From: Octopus vulgaris
Lineage: Eukaryota
NCBI GenBank assembly: GCA_951406725.2
Contig: OX597818.1
Span: 38,440,001 to 38,504,000, forward strand
Length of the DNA stretch: 64,000 nt
Reading direction: 5' to 3'
The number at the start of each line of letters is the position of its first letter. Position 1 is the stretch's first letter. Positions 1-11,400 of this stretch are shown piece after piece. A program made the translations under genes and the position numbers. The notes beneath the pieces were generated by a model that saw only the letters and a list, made by a program, of their open reading frames with translations, ran no database searches and was not told where the DNA came from.

Positions 1-329
1 GAGAAGTAGATACATAGATACATATACACATTGTTAAATCAAAAGCGGAAGAGAAGAGGGACACAAAGGAAGTGAAAGAGAAAGAGAGAGAGACAGTAGA
101 TACATAAATCCAAAGAAAAGTTCATACATAGATACATACACACAGCAAATATTGGATGTCAGTTTCACTTTTCATTACCACATGAGGATAAAATTAACTC
201 ACAAATGGCTGAGTACTCCATAGACATGCATAACATTAACATGGTTCTCAGGGAGATTCAGCCTCACACAGAATATAAGGCTGGCCCCTTTGAATTACAG
301 CTACAACTCAAGACATATATACTCTTTTT

Positions 330-724
330 TTTCTTTTACTCTTTTCAGTCATTTGACTGCTGGAGCACCGCCTTTAGTTGAGCAAATCGACCCCGGGACT
401 TATTCTTTTTGTAAGCCCAGTACTTATTCTATCGGTCTCTTTTTGCCGAACCGCTAAGTGACGGGGACATAAACACACCAGCATCGGTTGTCAAGCAATG
501 CCAGGGGGACAAACACAGACACACAAACACACACACACACATATATATATACATATATACGACAGGCTTCTTTCAGTTTCCGTCTACCAAATCCACTCAC
601 AAGGCATTGGTCGGCCCGGGGCTATAGCAGAAGACATTTGCCCAAGATGCCACGCAGTGGGACTGAACCCGGAACCATGTGGTTGGTTAGCAAGCTACTT
701 ACCACACAGCCACTCCTGTGCCTA
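330..724 (-). mobile_element. tRNA-derived SINE, family A (other copies about 7825-8133, 14421-14975, 18590-18935, 21362-21739, 23607-23990, 25915-26220, 26765-27165, 36383-36548, 40505-40670, 44118-44446)
   Basis: tRNA-like head (TGGCTGTGTGGTAAG...GGTTCAGTCCC), shared body and ...gactgaaacaagtaaaaga tail recurring throughout the window. Confidence 0.85.
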
Positions 725-1005
725 TATATGAATGTATTTGTGTGTGTGCATAGTTTAGGTTAGTTAAAATATGTTTGCAATAATAAGTGTCGTGTGGTGG
801 GAATAAACGTAATTACCAAACTTTCCATTTAATATTTCGTTCTTTTGCATTTAAATTTGTACATTAGGGTTCTTTGAATATGTACGATGTATTTTAAGGT
901 TAAATAGTAATTCTGTGTACATTTAAGTAACTGAGATATTTTGGTTGGATTATATAGTCATTGGTGTTACATTACTTTCTATATTCTGTAACTGTCATAA
1001 TATAC

Positions 1006-1149
1006 TTTTCTAAGCCTGAAATTTTTGTGGGGAGGGTGTCAGTTGATTAGATTGACCCAAGTACATAACTGGTACTTAATTTATTGACCCCAAAAGGACG
1101 AAAGGCAAAGTTGATCTCGGCAGAATTTGAACTTAGAACGTAAAGATAG
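1006..1149 (-). mobile_element. 5'-truncated SINE, family B, with 15-bp TSD
   Basis: ACTGTCATAATATAC at 991-1005 and 1150-1164; body shared with 22826-23055. Confidence 0.75.
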
Positions 1150-1555
1150 ACTGTCATAATATACAAACATTTCTCATGGTACCAGTACACTGCTTACAGA
1201 TGCTTACATTTTTTATGTTTTCCGTGAATTTTTCATGGTTCCAGCTAGTATTTAAATGAATAACAGTGTTATGTGAAGTCACCTGTAAAAACAGCTGCAT
1301 GAATAAATAAAGCAATTCACTTTTGCAGGTATAGAAAATAATAATAAAGTGTCAAAAAACCATGAACCTACTTCTTATAATTGAGTAATGGACTAGCATA
1401 ATATAATGAGCCAAAAAGAATGTTTAATTCATTGAAATTAACCCTATAACAAGCATTAAAAAATCATTTGTATTATTGACAGCTCTTGGCAAGTAGGGTA
1501 AAATAGTGAACCTTGATATTTAATTCCTTAGTCTATCCAATGCATACTTAGATTC

Positions 1556-1860
1556 ATCATCATCATCATCATCGTTTAACGTCCACTTTCCATGCTAGCA
1601 TGGGTTGGACGATTTGACGAGGGACTGGCAAACCAAATGTCTGCACCAGGCTCCAATCTTGATTTGGCAGAGTTTCTACAGCTGGATGCCCTTCTTAATG
1701 CCAACCACTCCGAGAGTGTAGTGAGTGCTTTGATGTGATACCAGTACGCAGGCCAGTCAGGCGGTACAGGCAACAGTCACGGAAAATCGTGTTTTTTTTT
1801 TACTCGTCACCTGCACACTGGCACATGTGCCAGTAAGGTGACACTGGTAGCAAGGCGATG
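1556..1860 (-). mobile_element. RTE-type 3' tail / RTE-dependent SINE with (GAT)n end (copies about 2215-2453, 4061-4380, 5745-5925, 11648-12090, 33563-34215, 38088-38262, 53458-53615, 63600-63820)
   Basis: Recurrent ggttggcattaggaagggcatccagctgtagaaac...ccatgctagcatggaa...gatgatgat; identical to the 3' end of the RTE remnant at 34219-35850. Confidence 0.8.
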
Positions 1861-2705
1861 CTCATTTTAATATCTACTTTTCTACACTTGCATGAATCAA
1901 ATGGAATTTGCTGAGGCAAATTTTCAACAGCCAGATGTCCTTCTTACCACCTACCCTCATGTTTCCAAGAAAAGTAATATTTTCCTATGTCTAAATATGT
2001 TTTCATATAAGACTGAAAACAAAGGCCAATACTTGTATGGAAGTTTGCAACTTTTTTTTATTCTATATATATATATAACTGATGGATTTCCTAACCTTTC
2101 AGATGAGATAACAGAGGCTGAAATGTGTGGTGCCTTGCTATACTCAAGAAGACCCATACTCCACAGTAGAAGTGGGGAGACCCCCCCCCCATGAAGCGGA
2201 TTGGTTTGCAAGAGTTCTGTGCTGGTAACATGTAAAAAGGGCTCATGCCACCAGTGTCACATAAAAGTGCTCATGCAGTGTCACATAAAAGCGCACCCAG
2301 CACTCTCTGTAAAGTGGTTGGCACTAGGAAGGGCATCCGGCTGTAGAAACCTTGTCAAATCATACTGGAGTCTGGTGCAGCTCTCCCACCTGCCAGCTCT
2401 GGTCAAACCAGCATGGACAATGGACGTTAAATGGTGACAATGATGACGATGATGGATAGCTAAGTACTCTACAGACATGTACTGTTAATGTGATTCTCAG
2501 ACTAAATCAGTATGACATTATATGTAACATGGTTGGTCCTTTGATTTACAAGCGTAATCTATCTGATAGGCTTTCACACTGTTTCTGTCTAACCAGTTTC
2601 ACTCACATGGCTTGGGTTAACTTGACATTATGTTAAAAGGTACTTACCACCCAAGATGCCACACAGTAGGATCAAATCTATGACTGCGTAGCAAACAACA
2701 TATCT

Positions 2706-3240
2706 ACAAGGGTCGACTGAAAAGTTCATCAGCTGATCAAGATAGTCTCATGGAATGTGAGCAAATGAGGTTTATTTTCCAACATAGTCTTCCTTGCAGC
2801 CCACACATTTCTTCCATTGGTGTTGCAGTGCTTGGGTCCCACTGGTGAATAATCTCTCATCCTGTTGGTCAAAAAAATTGTCAATAGCAGATATGACATC
2901 ATCATCATCACTGTGGTACTAGTTCCCAGCAAAATGTTTTTTCATGTTGAGGAACAGATGATAGTCAGATGGGGTGAAATCAGGAGAATAGACTGGGTGA
3001 TCAACCTGTTCAAAGCCACAGTCATGCACAGTAGCTATTGAGATGAAGGACTTGTGTGTGGGAGCATTGATCTCATGAAACAAGACACCTTTCATCAGTT
3101 TTCCTAGGCATTTGGTCTTGATAGCTTTTTGTAACTGCCTCAGCAAGTTGGCACAGTACCCTTCATTGATGTTATGGCTTTTTTGAAGATAGTCAATAAA
3201 CACAATGCCTTTTGTATCCCCCAAAACTAAGGCCATCATG
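2706..3240 (-). mobile_element. Mariner transposon 3' fragment (degenerate DD34D transposase)
   Basis: GIVFIDYL...GVLFHEINAPTH...HPVYSPDFTPSDYHLF; TA plus TIR-like end near 2706. Confidence 0.85.
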
Positions 3241-3470
3241 TTTTGTTCATATAATGTTGTTTAGCCCTAGGTCAGCTATGATTGAGTAGATCAATGATCA
3301 AAAGTGCTCAAGCTATAAGCATCCATTGTTTTTTTGTTTAATTTTAACTCAAACTGAACCTTACCCAATGTATCCATTATTCTTGAAGATGGTGGGTGTA
3401 TTTTGAGGAAGATTGAATTAGTATTTCTAGCAGCTCAAACAACCATGTACAGCCTCCCTTATCAGCTTAA

Positions 3471-3690
3471 CCCTTTCGTTACTGTATTTATTTTGAGATG
3501 CTCTGTGTTTCTTTCAATTACTTTAAATATAACAAAGAATTTAGTAAAATAACTTAGTTATCATTCAGCTAGTGTTAGGAACATAAATTGTGACTAAGGT
3601 TTGGTGGAAGATTTTAATTCCAAACTTATGAAAACAAGACATTTGTACTCAGAGCTAGAGCCGGTTTCAGCCGGGTTGATAACGAAAGGG
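3471..3690. mobile_element. piggyBac-type MITE, family 1
   Basis: TTAA|CCCTTTCGTTA ... TAACGAAAGGG|TTAA. Confidence 0.85.
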
Positions 3691-3998
3691 TTAATCTTTA
3701 TTTATGATTCAGGATTTAGTTTGCAGTGAGATAGAAAGAGATTTTAACTTAGTTTCAATTCTCCAGTGGATCTGTTTTACTTTGCCATACAATATGAGAA
3801 AAGTAAAAAGTAAGCATAAACATCACACATATTGGATCAATGTAATAAATAAAAACTGCACAGCTTTCTTCACAAGCCAAACCAATACTGTTTTATAATA
3901 AAAGTAGATAACATGTCACATAAATTTACTCCTACTGTGCTACGTTATTTCATATAGGTTGAAATAATGTGGCAAAGTAGAAGTGAAGTGATCTTGTA

Positions 3999-4045
<47 letters not shown>

Positions 4046-4723
4046 GATTAATAATAATAATCATCATCATCATCATTTAACATCTGTTGTCCATGCTAGC
4101 ATGGGTTGGATGGTTTGACTAGGGCTGGTAAGCTGAGGTGCTGCACCAGACTCCAGTCTGATTTGGCATGGTTTTCTATGGCTGGATGCCCTTCCTAATG
4201 CCAACCATTCCGAGAATGTAATGGGTGCTTTTATGTGCCACTAGTACGGGTGCAAGTTGTGTGACACCAGTATCTGCCACAACTAGCATTTCACTTGGCT
4301 TGATGGGTCTTCTACTCAAGCACAGCATATTGCCTAAGGTCTCAGTTATTTGTCATTGCTTCCATAAGGCCCATTGCTTATAGCCCACAAGTGCAGATTC
4401 TCTATAGCTGTCTTTTATGCCTATAGGCTATGACATATGCAATCCACATGAGTTAATTTTTCTGACTGTCCGGGAAAGAAAAATAGAAATGTGAATATGA
4501 TTTGTGATAGACTCTTGTCTTCTCCTGGCCAGTAGTCATCTTTCATCTTAATGTAACTCATTTCAAAACATAGCAGCATAAGTTTTATGTGACCCTATGG
4601 CTAATGAAAGGTGCGTTAATTATCATCAAAATATAATGTCATAGTATCTTAGTATATACATTAGAATTGCTTTTAATATATTATCATAGTTTCTCTCTTT
4701 TTTTTCTTTTCAGATTGATAACA

Positions 4724-4817
4724 ATGCCTAAGAATGCACATGTTTTCATTCATTATGGCCCATATGAATCTTGCTGGACAGTCAACTATCAAACCAAACG
4801 TTTGGAAGGCTTGCAAA
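4724..4817 (+). CDS. C10orf53: UPF0728 / C10orf53 homolog, coding exon 1 (join 4724-4817,13992-14111,17572-17636; 92 aa)
   Basis: MPKNAHVFIHYGPYESCWTVNYQTKRLEGLQ resembles the human C10orf53 N-terminus (MPKNAVVILRYGPY...RLQGLQ). Polypyrimidine tract plus AG at 4712-4713 implies an upstream UTR exon. Phase-1 GT donor at 4818. Confidence 0.9.
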
Positions 4818-4920
4818 GTACAAATTCTTTTGTCTTTGTTATAAAGTAACCATATTTGCAAGATCTGTGTGTGTGTGTGTGTGTGTCTGGCCAGTATGTT
4901 TTACCAACGATCCATATACA

Positions 4921-4959
<39 letters not shown>

Positions 4960-4989
4960 ATGATGATGATGATATATATATGTAGTGAA

Positions 4990-5320
4990 GGCACATGGCT
5001 CAGTGGTCAGAGCGTCGAGTTTACGATCGTGAGGTTGTGAGCTCGAATCCCGGACTGGGCTGTGTGTTGTGTTCTTGAGCAAGACACTTTATTTCACGTT
5101 GCTCCAGTTCACTCAGCTGTAGAAATGAGTTGTGACGTCACAGGTGCCAAGCTGTATCGGCCTTTGCCTTTCCCTTGGATAACACTGGTGGCGTGGAGAG
5201 GAGAGGCCGGTATGCATGGGCGACTGCTGGTCTTCCATAAACAATCTTGCCCAGACTTGTGCCTGGGAGGGTAACTTTCTAGGTGCAAACCCATGATCAG
5301 TCATAACCGAAGTGGGTCCC
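4990..5320 (+). mobile_element. tRNA-derived SINE, family C (related head on - at about 12640-12765)
   Basis: A box TGGCTCAGTGG, B-box-like GCTCGAATCC, then gtgttgtgttcttgagcaagacactt body. Confidence 0.7.
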
Positions 5321-5709
5321 AATATATATATGTATATATATATATATATATGTATATATTATATTTGAAATTTTTTACTTATATCTCTTTATCTTTTTAC
5401 TATTACTGTATATCTCATTTCATTTTATATATTGCCTTTACTCATATGTAATGGTGTATTAAAGTATGGATTGAGTATCATCGGATAGTTGATGTTTTAC
5501 TGATTTAAGTATGTTCCTCCATTCTCTAATTTTGTAGTATTAATTTACGGTAATATTATTACCTTTACCCATATAATACAATAGATGAACTGATTGTTTG
5601 ACAATTTTTAACATCTATGTATTAATTTTGTTGGGTACCTATCTAGCAGTATATTGGATATATATTATCCCATGGTGGGTTGAATTTTCAACCCCTATCT
5701 CATTTTATA

Positions 5710-5742
<33 letters not shown>

Positions 5743-6367
5743 ATAGCACCTGTGCTGGTACTGTGTAAAAGCATCCAGTACACTATAAAGTGGTTGGTGT
5801 TAGGAAGGACAGCTGTAGAAACCATGCCAAAACAGACATGATGTCTGGGCAGCTCTTCAGCTGACTAGCTTCTACCAAACTATCCAGCCAATGCTAGTAT
5901 GGAAAACTGATGTTAAATTATTATGACATATATATATGTGTGTGTATACACACACACACACATGTATACACATGCACATACATGCATACTAAAGATTACT
6001 TTGGGTTACACCTAAAAGTTTTAGCCATCACTACATTTGTAAATTAATTATACTAGTTAATAAATTTTACTAGATACATTAGACAGCTGTTGATGATCTG
6101 TCTGTCAACAATTGGATACCCTACATTCTAAAGGCCACTGTGGAACTGTATTTATAGCTTCTCTTGCTGCACTTACAACTAAATTAGGCAGACTGATTTG
6201 AATAGAAGATACATTTTTAGCTTCAAGGTCTGTTACTAGAGAAGTTGTCTTGTCCTCAGCAAAACATTGTCTCTGTTTGGTTCACCAGGGGGTTGTCTTA
6301 ACCTCAGCATGTAGAAGAGAGAATGATGGAAGAAGATCAGAGTAAGAGAGTGATAAAGAGGAGAATC

Positions 6368-6402
<35 letters not shown>

Positions 6403-6480
6403 TGAGAGAGATGGACGACTTCAACATGAATGTGAAGAGGATTCAAAAAGAACACAGGCAGTATAACAGGAAAAGTGTTT

Positions 6481-6524
6481 TATATATATATATATGTATA
6501 TATATGTGCTCTCGCATGAGTGTG

Positions 6525-6566
<42 letters not shown>

Positions 6567-6679
6567 GTATATATATATGTATATGTATATATATATGTAT
6601 ATATATATATATGTATATGTATATATATGTATATGTATATATATGTGTGTATATATATATATATATGTATATATATATG

Positions 6680-6742
<63 letters not shown>
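6481..6742. repeat. Compound (TA)n/(TATG)n microsatellite
   Basis: Visible directly; source of the spurious IY-rich ORFs. Confidence 0.95.
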
Positions 6743-6744
<2 letters not shown>

Positions 6745-7250
6745 TTGTACAGATTCAATAGCTTCTCTCCAATACACCATCTTGCTACTTTGCCACTTGT
6801 AGCATTCCTTTGTTATCTCCTTTGTGAGTTTCCCTATCCACTTACGTATGCATTTTTCCTTAGTCTTATGCTTTCAGTTTCCATAGTAATCCACAGTTAA
6901 AGATCTCAATGTTAAAAACAGGATAAGCACATTAAATTCATGTTTCCTTACAACATTATATTGATTAAGATGGAGTGACTGCCTATCCCTATGTTGATCT
7001 AACAAGAAAGATCAGCCATTGTTTTCAACAGCAGTATGGTCACAGATGCAATTAAGAATATAAAGGCAATGACAGCAGCTGGACTATATAATTAAATGCT
7101 GTACTCTAGATTTTTAGTCACCAATGTGTGAATAAACAAACATCTTGTCTGTGTATATAACACTAAGAACACACAAAAAAAAAAAAAACTGTAGATGCAC
7201 CAGTAACTTATTCATCAAACTAGTTGCCAAGGATGCATTATATATGTAAA

Positions 7251-7632
7251 CTAGCAGTATAGCCCGGCGTTGCTCGGGTTTGTTTTCTCTTTGACCCTTT
7301 AGAATTGAAATTTTTGAAAAGTAAAAATTTTGCATTATGTAGCTTGTTATTCTCTTTAAGTGAACTTTTTTCTGGTTGAAATACACCGAAAAATGGCGAC
7401 ACAGCAGTAATAAAAAATCGTAAAAAATAGGGATTTTCATAGAAAAAGAGCACGTTTTTGATGTAAATAATTTTTGGTCTTAACATGGTCCAATTTGAAT
7501 TTTTTCTTCTACAGAATGACGGAATGAGAGCAAGCCTTCTATCATACTCTCAATTTTGGAAGAGATAGTGTTAGTTGAAGGCTACCAAATGTGCCGCACA
7601 CACACAGACAACTTCAGTGTTATATATATAGA
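7251..7632 (-). mobile_element. Non-autonomous Helitron
   Basis: A|TC 5' end, subterminal hairpin CCCGAGCAACGCCGGG, CTAG|T 3' end, no TSD. Confidence 0.8.
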
Positions 7633-8660
7633 TTAGTCTTTCCAGATTATTCAATTCTTTAGTAATTGTGGGTTCATAAGCAGAATATCCATGGACAGTC
7701 AAAGAAGGTTCTCTGTTGCTGATAAAATCCCAATACAAAACTGAAATTAACCCAGCTGATCTCTTTTTGTGTTTATGAAGATATTGGATATATAAAACAA
7801 AGTGTTTACATCTGTAACACAAATTGACCTCAGGAGTTATTCCTTGTAAGCCTAGTACTTAGTCTATTGGTCTCTTTTGCCAAACTGCTATGTTACAGGG
7901 ATGTAAACACATCAACATCAGTTGTCAAGTGATGGTGGAGGTACAAATACATATATGTATATATATATATGACGGGCTTATTTCAGTTTCTATCTACCAG
8001 ATCCACTCACAAGGTTTTGGTCGGCCCAAGGCTATAGTAGAAGACACTTGCCCAAGCTGCCACACAGTAGGACTGAACCCAGAACCATGTGGTTGGGAAG
8101 CAAGTTTCTTACTACACAGCCACCCCTGCTCCTGTATATATATATATATCTCTTATTATAAAAGGCAGATTTTATCTGCCTCCCTTTGGGAGTTATACAA
8201 ATCTACAATATAGGATTTCTTCAATTACAATTTACCTTGCATTTTTAAGAGTACAATGCATTGCGTCATGCCAGGTCCAGTTTTTAAAATTTAAACTCCA
8301 ATTAAGCAAAATTTACAGAAAACTCACATTCTGGTGTGTGTGTCAAATGCTTTTCTTAGTCTGGTTTACAGCACACGCAAACGCACACACACAGTGGGCA
8401 ACGAATAAAATGAAAGTAATTGACTTACTGTAGTGAGTGATTCTTTCACTCTGCCTCCCACTTCCTCTTTCAACACATAGACACGCAAATATATAAATAA
8501 AATTGTAAGCTAACGTGCGTGTGTGTGAGTGGGTGTGTGTGGGTGTGCGCGCGTGTGTGTGTGTGTGAGGCTGCGTGTGTGTGTGTGTGTGTGTGTGCGT
8601 GAGTGTGTGACAGGAAAGTTTTTTACGACGAATATAACACCTATATCCAAGTAGCAGAAA

Positions 8661-9140
8661 GATAAGACAGTAAGGTGTGATTTGAGGGAGATTTGGCTGC
8701 TATTTCTACCATGTCTAGCTGCCATGTAGGGGTCTCCCTCATAGGCTCATACATACATATATACATGGATAAGACAGTAAGGTGTGATTTGGGGGAAATT
8801 TGGCTGCTATTTCTACCAGGTCTAGCTGCCATGTAGGGGTCTCCCTCATAGGCTCATACATACATATATACATAGATAAGACAGTAAGGTGTGATTTGGG
8901 GGAAATTTGGCTGCTATTTCTACCAGGTCTAGCTGCCATGTAGGGGTCTCCCTCATAGGCTCATACATACATATATACATAGATAAGACAGTAAGGTGTG
9001 ATTTGGGGGAAATTTGGCTGCTATTTCTACCAGGTCTAGCTACCATGTAGAGGTCCCCCTCATTGGCTCATATATATATACATACATAACACAGTAAGGT
9101 GTGATTTGAGGGAGATTTGGCTGCTGTTTCTACCAGGTCT
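8661..9140. repeat. 107-bp tandem repeat, about 4.5 copies
   Basis: Unit starts at 8661, 8768, 8875, 8982 and 9085. Confidence 0.92.
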
Positions 9141-9515
9141 GTTAGGCCTTCTCATGTAAACTCAAGCTTTCTCATGCCTTGAACATAAGACCAAAGCAGA
9201 GAATGTATTCTTTTATTCTTCTGCTTTTTCCAGCCATTGGTCTGTGGCCATGCTGGGGCAATGCCTTGAAGAATTGTAGTTTAATGAATCAACTCCAGTT
9301 TTATTTTTGTAAGCATTGTACTTATTCTATCTGTTTCCTTTGTCAAACCACTAGGTGACAGGGATGTAAACAAACCAACATTCGTTGTCAAGCAGTGGTG
9401 GAGGACAATCACAAGCACAGACACGCACACACACACACATACATGCATACACATATACACACATACATACATACATACATATATATATATGTGTGTATAT
9501 ATATATTGCAGCCTG

Positions 9516-9754
9516 GAAGGTGTTTGTAAGCCATTTAAGAAACACACAAAAACCGTTACATTCACTTCAACATTTAAATTTAATTTGCCAAAATATTTTC
9601 GTCGCTTTGAGACCGCGACCTGTTCACTGACAAAAATATCGTGCTAACAGGTCGCGGTCTCAAAGCGACGAAAATATTTTGACAAATTAAATTTAAATGT
9701 TGAAGTGAATCTAACGGTTTTTGTGTGTTTCTTAAATGGCTTATAAACACCTTC
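9516..9754. repeat. Near-perfect inverted repeat (109-bp arms, 21-nt loop), probable Penelope-like remnant
   Basis: Arms 9516-9624 and 9646-9754 differ at 3 positions. Confidence 0.9.
9584..9634 (-). ncRNA. Candidate minimal type I hammerhead ribozyme, G3:C8 core variant
   Basis: UUUGUCA-GUGAACA-G-GUCGC[loop]GCGAC-GAA-AAUAUU-U-UGGCAAA. Confidence 0.5.
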
Positions 9755-9932
9755 AACGCTACAACTGTTTTCGTTCCAGCACACGATCTCAGATCAAGTC
9801 ACTTGCTATGCAAGTACATCTCTGTAACTATATATATATTTATATATATATATATATATATATGTATATTGGTAAAAACAGTAAGATAACAAAAGAAAGA
9901 AAGAGACCTCAATATTATGTAAATAGAGGAAA

Positions 9933-10329
9933 TCTTTATATATAAAAGTGAGGTTGTGTGTCTGTCTCCTACGATTTAGATTCCTAACTACTCCCACATT
10001 TTGCGGTGCAGTTTAACCAAAACCGGGTATCTTATAGTCGTGATTCATATCGAGACCGTCTGGGTATTAGCGCGCGTCTACGATGAGTCTACGATTTAAA
10101 AAAAAATTTACCATCAATTTTTCCCATTTTTAATCCATTTTTGACATATATAAGGGAAGTAACTCTCTAAAATTTATTATTAAATCTCAGAACGTAAAAA
10201 GCTACAGTAACACCCCTCCCCCTTTGTGGTTAGCCATATTGAGATGGCTATTATACTTTACATCTCTCTAAAAATGCTTATATAATTATTTCCCTTACAA
10301 ACCCGAGCAACGCCGGGCGATACTGCTAG
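9933..10329 (+). mobile_element. Non-autonomous Helitron
   Basis: A|TCTTTATATATAAAAG ... CAAACCCGAGCAACGCCGGGCGATACTGCTAG|T. Confidence 0.82.
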
Positions 10330-10803
10330 TATTATATATTTGTAATATCCACTTTTCCATGCTTGCTTAGATAGGACTAAATTTTCTGGGCAGATTTTCT
10401 ATGGTCAGATGCCCTTTCTGTCAACAACACTCAAATTTCAAAGTAAGGTAAAATTTCCCCATGACCGGACATATTTTCACTTATTTACAGCCATCATATG
10501 ATGTCAAGACAGAGAGACACTAACACACTGTATTTTTACAAAGTGCTCTGAATTTGAGAAACCTTGATTGTGTTTGTTAGGTACAGTAGACTTGACAAAT
10601 GTCTGAAGCAATTGAACATCATAACTATCTGTTTGTGAATTACCTGCTGCCCCTAATGGTAAGAAAAAGAAACCGATGTGCAGCCCATTTTTAGGGCTGT
10701 ACATCAGTTTCTTTTCATGCTAGTGTGGGTAGAATAGTTTTTGGAAATTAATATAGGGAAGTCATTGTTTTAAAGCTGGATGCCCTTCCTGCTGCTAATT
10801 ATG

Positions 10804-11400
10804 ATCCTGGGAGGAATTTCAACCGTGTTTCATGGTCTGCTACCACAACAGCTCCTTTATAAGATCCTGTTAGCTCAAGACATCATCAGGAGGAACCACG
10901 TCCGGTTTCGGCCCCTACTCCTCTACCGTTTTGACGTGGCGGGACCCCTCCCTTTTGGAGGTGTCTTCAGCTCTGGTATTGGGTGCATGTCTTCTTTCTT
11001 CTGTTCCCTGGCCTCTTCGATGTAGCGTCAACGAGTGTCAGTGGGTGACTGACTGACTTGTCAAATTTTCCCTTAAATACCTGCTGCTAGACTCCAGCAG
11101 GCAGCCCCAGCAAGTTGTCACGTGACACTGTCTCAACTTTAACTGACCAATGAAGGCGTGTAGTCTTAGCCCATGCATTCTCTAAACTACTGTCACCTGT
11201 CAGTCAGCGAAGCTAATTCAGTGTCAGCTTGTCTCACCTAGTGATGTTATTTTCCACCAGCATGTTATGACTTTCAAGCCATTTTTGGTCTTCTCGCTTC
11301 AGCCATATATAGAAGCTGGCTTTTACAACCACCTCTTGTATTCTCCTTATTAGTTTTCTCGGCTCTGAGCTAGAAAAAACAAATCTTCTTTTGAGTAGAA
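10804..11400 (-). mobile_element. 5'-truncated RLE-clade (HERO-like) non-LTR retrotransposon: protein C-terminus plus 3' UTR
   Basis: 11398-11234 reads LLKRRFVFSSSEPRKLIRRIQEVVVKASFYIWLKREDQKW...*, resembling the AS.W(I/L)W.KR....W terminus of RLE elements; 3' UTR recurs at 32477-32772. Confidence 0.6.
10877..10928 (-). ncRNA. Candidate permuted hammerhead ribozyme, copy 1
   Basis: CGGUA^GAGGAG-U-AGGGGCC-GAAACCG-GACGUGG-UUCCUC-CUGAUGA-UGUCUU. Confidence 0.5.

Noticed and set aside
488-763. Recurrent ORFs such as RQASFSFRLPNPLTR...
   Set aside because: Chance frames in SINE family A copies; no splice or coding support.
4990-5060. tRNA gene
   Set aside because: No complete cloverleaf or acceptor stem; runs straight into a SINE body.
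6402-6900. Several overlapping ORFs of 65-126 aa rich in I and Y
   Set aside because: Translations of a (TA)n microsatellite.
8661-9140. CRISPR-like array
   Set aside because: Whole units repeat with no unique spacers; eukaryotic context.
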